DNA from: a virus
Taxonomy: Duplodnaviria > Caudoviricetes
IMG/VR virus record: IMGVR_UViG_3300020403_000034
Coordinates: 1-37,506 of that record
Reading direction: 5' to 3' (one strand)
DNA: 37,506 nt
Shown piece after piece: positions 35,372 to 37,506 of the stretch (within the stretch, counting starts at the first letter, position 1; every line of letters begins with the position of its first letter). Below the pieces are notes generated by a model, which made no database searches, had not been told where the DNA came from, and saw only the letters and a program-made list of their open reading frames with translations. The position numbers were made by a program, and so were the translations under genes.

Positions 35372-36519
35372 TTTATTACTCCTTTTTTTCTATAATCATC
35401 GTTCATTAATTTTAAAATATTAGCTCCATATTCTATGTCGCTGTAGATCTTTATTCTGTTCTGTTGAGTTGTAAATGGATCTATTACAATCAGTCCAGCA
35501 TGTCCGTAATCTTGTCTGGCAAAACCATGCTGATCTGCATATGAATCTATATCTTTAAATCCTTTTACTCTTAGCATGTGAGCTGGGCTTTTAAATCCTG
35601 TCTCATAGTTTGATTTATTAGTTGATGGCATTTCCATTGATGCGTAATTATGTCTGTGTCCAGCAACATATATATCTGCATTAGTGTTAAATAGATTTGC
35701 CTTTTGCAGTCCATGAAGGGGAGAAAATTGAGAATTACCTGGGAAGTCATGGCGGAAATCGGCTTTGACTGATACACCATTTGGAAATTGAAAATCTATA
35801 TTAGCTCTCCAATCTACTGCAAGTGTTCCAGATGCTTGTGCAAACCAATCCATCTTATCATAGTTAATATTATCTGGATTCCACATATCATGGTTACCAC
35901 GGATTAATAGAATAAAATTAATTTCTTCAATTAAATATTCAATGACCTTGTACACCATTGACTTACTCATTTTTTGCTCGATGTAGTATCTGCTTAATCT
36001 CGAAATCCAATTGTTGTGTGAATCTCCAATGTTTACAGAATAAATTGGGTTTTCAGATCCTCTGTCTGGATCATACTTTTTTAAGGTTTCTATTAAAGAT
36101 GTAAGTACATCCCAATTTGCTCCACCATCGTCTAAATGTGGATCACCCCATACGCATATTCCTGTAACAAGATCTTTAGAAAACTTTACTGGGACCAGCT
36201 CAAGTAAATCATCTTTTTCTTTTTTCTTTTTCCAATTTTTATGAGCATAAGAAATAATTTCTTTGGCAGACATCTCTTCATGATTTTGCATCTTTTCAAG
36301 ACCAGGGATTGTATAATACTGATGATCCGTCTCATCCCTTTGCATCTTAATAATATGTCTGGCTGACTTCAACCTACCTTTTAATTGATCGATAGTTAGA
36401 TCCATTGATAAAGCTAGATCTGATTGTTTTTTCCAAGGCTTATTACGACCTACTTGCTTTGCTTTTGCAACAAGCTCTTCAGCTTCCTCAAATGACATTG
36501 AGTTTGGTGATTTAGCCAT
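35368..36519 (-). CDS. Calcineurin-like metallophosphoesterase with N-terminal HTH-like domain
   Basis: All five motifs: GDPH, IGDSHNN, RGNHD, RH, AGHRH; N-terminal QSDLALSMDLTIDQLKGRL. Confidence 0.85.
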   Translation of the reverse strand: MAKSPNSMSFEEAEELVAKAKQVGRNKPWKKQSDLALSMDLTIDQLKGRLKSARHIIKMQRDETDHQYYTIPGLEKMQNHEEMSAKEIISYAHKNWKKKKEKDDLLELVPVKFSKDLVTGICVWGDPHLDDGGANWDVLTSLIETLKKYDPDRGSENPIYSVNIGDSHNNWISRLSRYYIEQKMSKSMVYKVIEYLIEEINFILLIRGNHDMWNPDNINYDKMDWFAQASGTLAVDWRANIDFQFPNGVSVKADFRHDFPGNSQFSPLHGLQKANLFNTNADIYVAGHRHNYASMEMPSTNKSNYETGFKSPAHMLRVKGFKDIDSYADQHGFARQDYGHAGLIVIDPFTTQQNRIKIYSDIEYGANILKLMNDDYRKKGVIK

Positions 36520-36704
36520 TAATTTGCTTCCACGACTTCATCATTCATTTCATACACAGTACGGCAATCACTATTAGAACATATAAGCTGTGTTATTTTA
36601 TGATCATCCATAGACTGCTCTGCTTCAATATGAAAATCTATAGATCCACATTCTGAGCATCCAAAGATTTCTCTCTTTGCAAAAGTTAAAATATTTTTGT
36701 TCAT
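36519..36704 (-). CDS. Small zinc-ribbon protein
   Basis: CSEC...CSNSDC; GAGGAG RBS; coupled to the phosphoesterase. Confidence 0.7.
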   Translation of the reverse strand: MNKNILTFAKREIFGCSECGSIDFHIEAEQSMDDHKITQLICSNSDCRTVYEMNDEVVEAN

Positions 36705-36952
36705 GCATTCTCCTCACACATCTGTATCGTCTAACTCGTTGGTTAATTTTCTTCTTCGACTACACGATGCAACACAAACATCTGTCGAAGTAAAAGAGAT
36801 CCTCTCGTGGATGAAGTAATTGAAACTAAAGACACAGATTAAACTTATTATGTTGACTGTGATTAGCTTCCAGCTATGGGACAAAGTAAACTAGCTAAGT
36901 TTAATTTTTATCCTGTATTTGCCTGTAAATTTCTATCCATGATAACCTCCCT

Positions 36953-37506
36953 TTATCTATTAATTAAATATAAAATTTCCGATATTTTCATTGCTGTTGC
37001 TTTTGTAGTTTTTAGATCAGGTGTTACACCTTCTCTGTATGTTACTAGCAAAACTCCCCATGCATCTTCGGATGACATTATGGGGCATGCAATATTTGGT
37101 ACATCTCTATCAAGAGAAGTACATTGACTTAAAACAAAATGACCAATGACATATTCGTCACCTTCCATCCAATATCCTGTTGGTAAAAGGTCTGCGCTGT
37201 TTCTTGGCTCAGTAAATAATGGAACAATGTTTCTGGCATCTACCCAATCGTATAACCATATTGAATCAATATCTCTGTCAGATCTTAGAAGCCTAGTCAT
37301 AAGATCCTCTACTTTAGTTTTCTTTTCAGGATCGTTCTCATACACTTCTACTATTGGGATCTCAGTATCTTCTTCAACACCAAGACTGAGGTATTGTTGA
37401 AAACCTATATATCCAATAACAGCTACAATAATAAGGCTTGTAATTTTCATTACAAATGCTGACCAAGATTGCTCTGGTGATATTATTCCTTTTATTGCAT
37501 CAATGA
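36953..37506 (-). CDS. Single-pass membrane protein with GAF-like C-terminal domain; 5' end probably outside the window
   Basis: Frame stays open from 37450 to the edge (...IDAIKGIISPEQSWSAFV-MKITSLIIVAVIGYIGF); TM helix then SIWLYDW...IACPI....AWGVLLVTY, a GAF-like strand pattern. Confidence 0.6.
   Translation of the reverse strand, partial: IDAIKGIISPEQSWSAFVMKITSLIIVAVIGYIGFQQYLSLGVEEDTEIPIVEVYENDPEKKTKVEDLMTRLLRSDRDIDSIWLYDWVDARNIVPLFTEPRNSADLLPTGYWMEGDEYVIGHFVLSQCTSLDRDVPNIACPIMSSEDAWGVLLVTYREGVTPDLKTTKATAMKISEILYLINR

Noticed and set aside
36860-36940. tmRNA-like tag reading frame (GCA AAT ... GCT AA)
   Set aside because: In-frame stop after ANTG, no ALAA-type ending and no tRNA-like domain.
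1-37506. Non-standard genetic code as the cause of the missing Ala-Ala
   Set aside because: Genes translate full length under the standard bacterial code, all three stops are used, and Ala itself is common.

Overview
The window is most of the genome of an AT-rich (roughly one-third GC) temperate short-tailed dsDNA phage. Its virion module is of the BPP-1/HTVC010P-like podovirus type, probably marine. The minus strand carries one long late operon: small terminase, large terminase, portal, scaffold, major capsid, cement-like protein, tail tubular A and B, a GNAT-like protein, internal/ejection proteins, tail fibre and its chaperone, then lysis-like membrane genes running off both edges. The middle holds a lambdoid-like switch (cro-like / cI-like), a Q-like late regulator, an exonuclease-ERF recombination operon, a tyrosine integrase and an intact attP whose 28-nt core is the 3' end of a tRNA (probably Glu). 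No DNA polymerase, primase, helicase, endolysin or methyltransferase is recognisable. The most striking observations are: (1) no Ala-Ala dipeptide in any protein, implying complete avoidance of GCNGC, while GATC looks enriched; (2) a shared basic T-L-[LV]-G terminal motif on several unrelated late proteins, including unannotated mini-proteins and a 698-aa protein with RTX and EF-hand-like motifs; (3) an internal virion protein with an HhH-glycosylase-like domain, translationally coupled to an unannotated 54-aa gene and a terminator; (4) DnaA boxes in a phage lacking replication genes; (5) a thrice-repeated RNA internal-loop motif upstream of the capsid gene. All family calls come from motif recognition and synteny, not from database searches.
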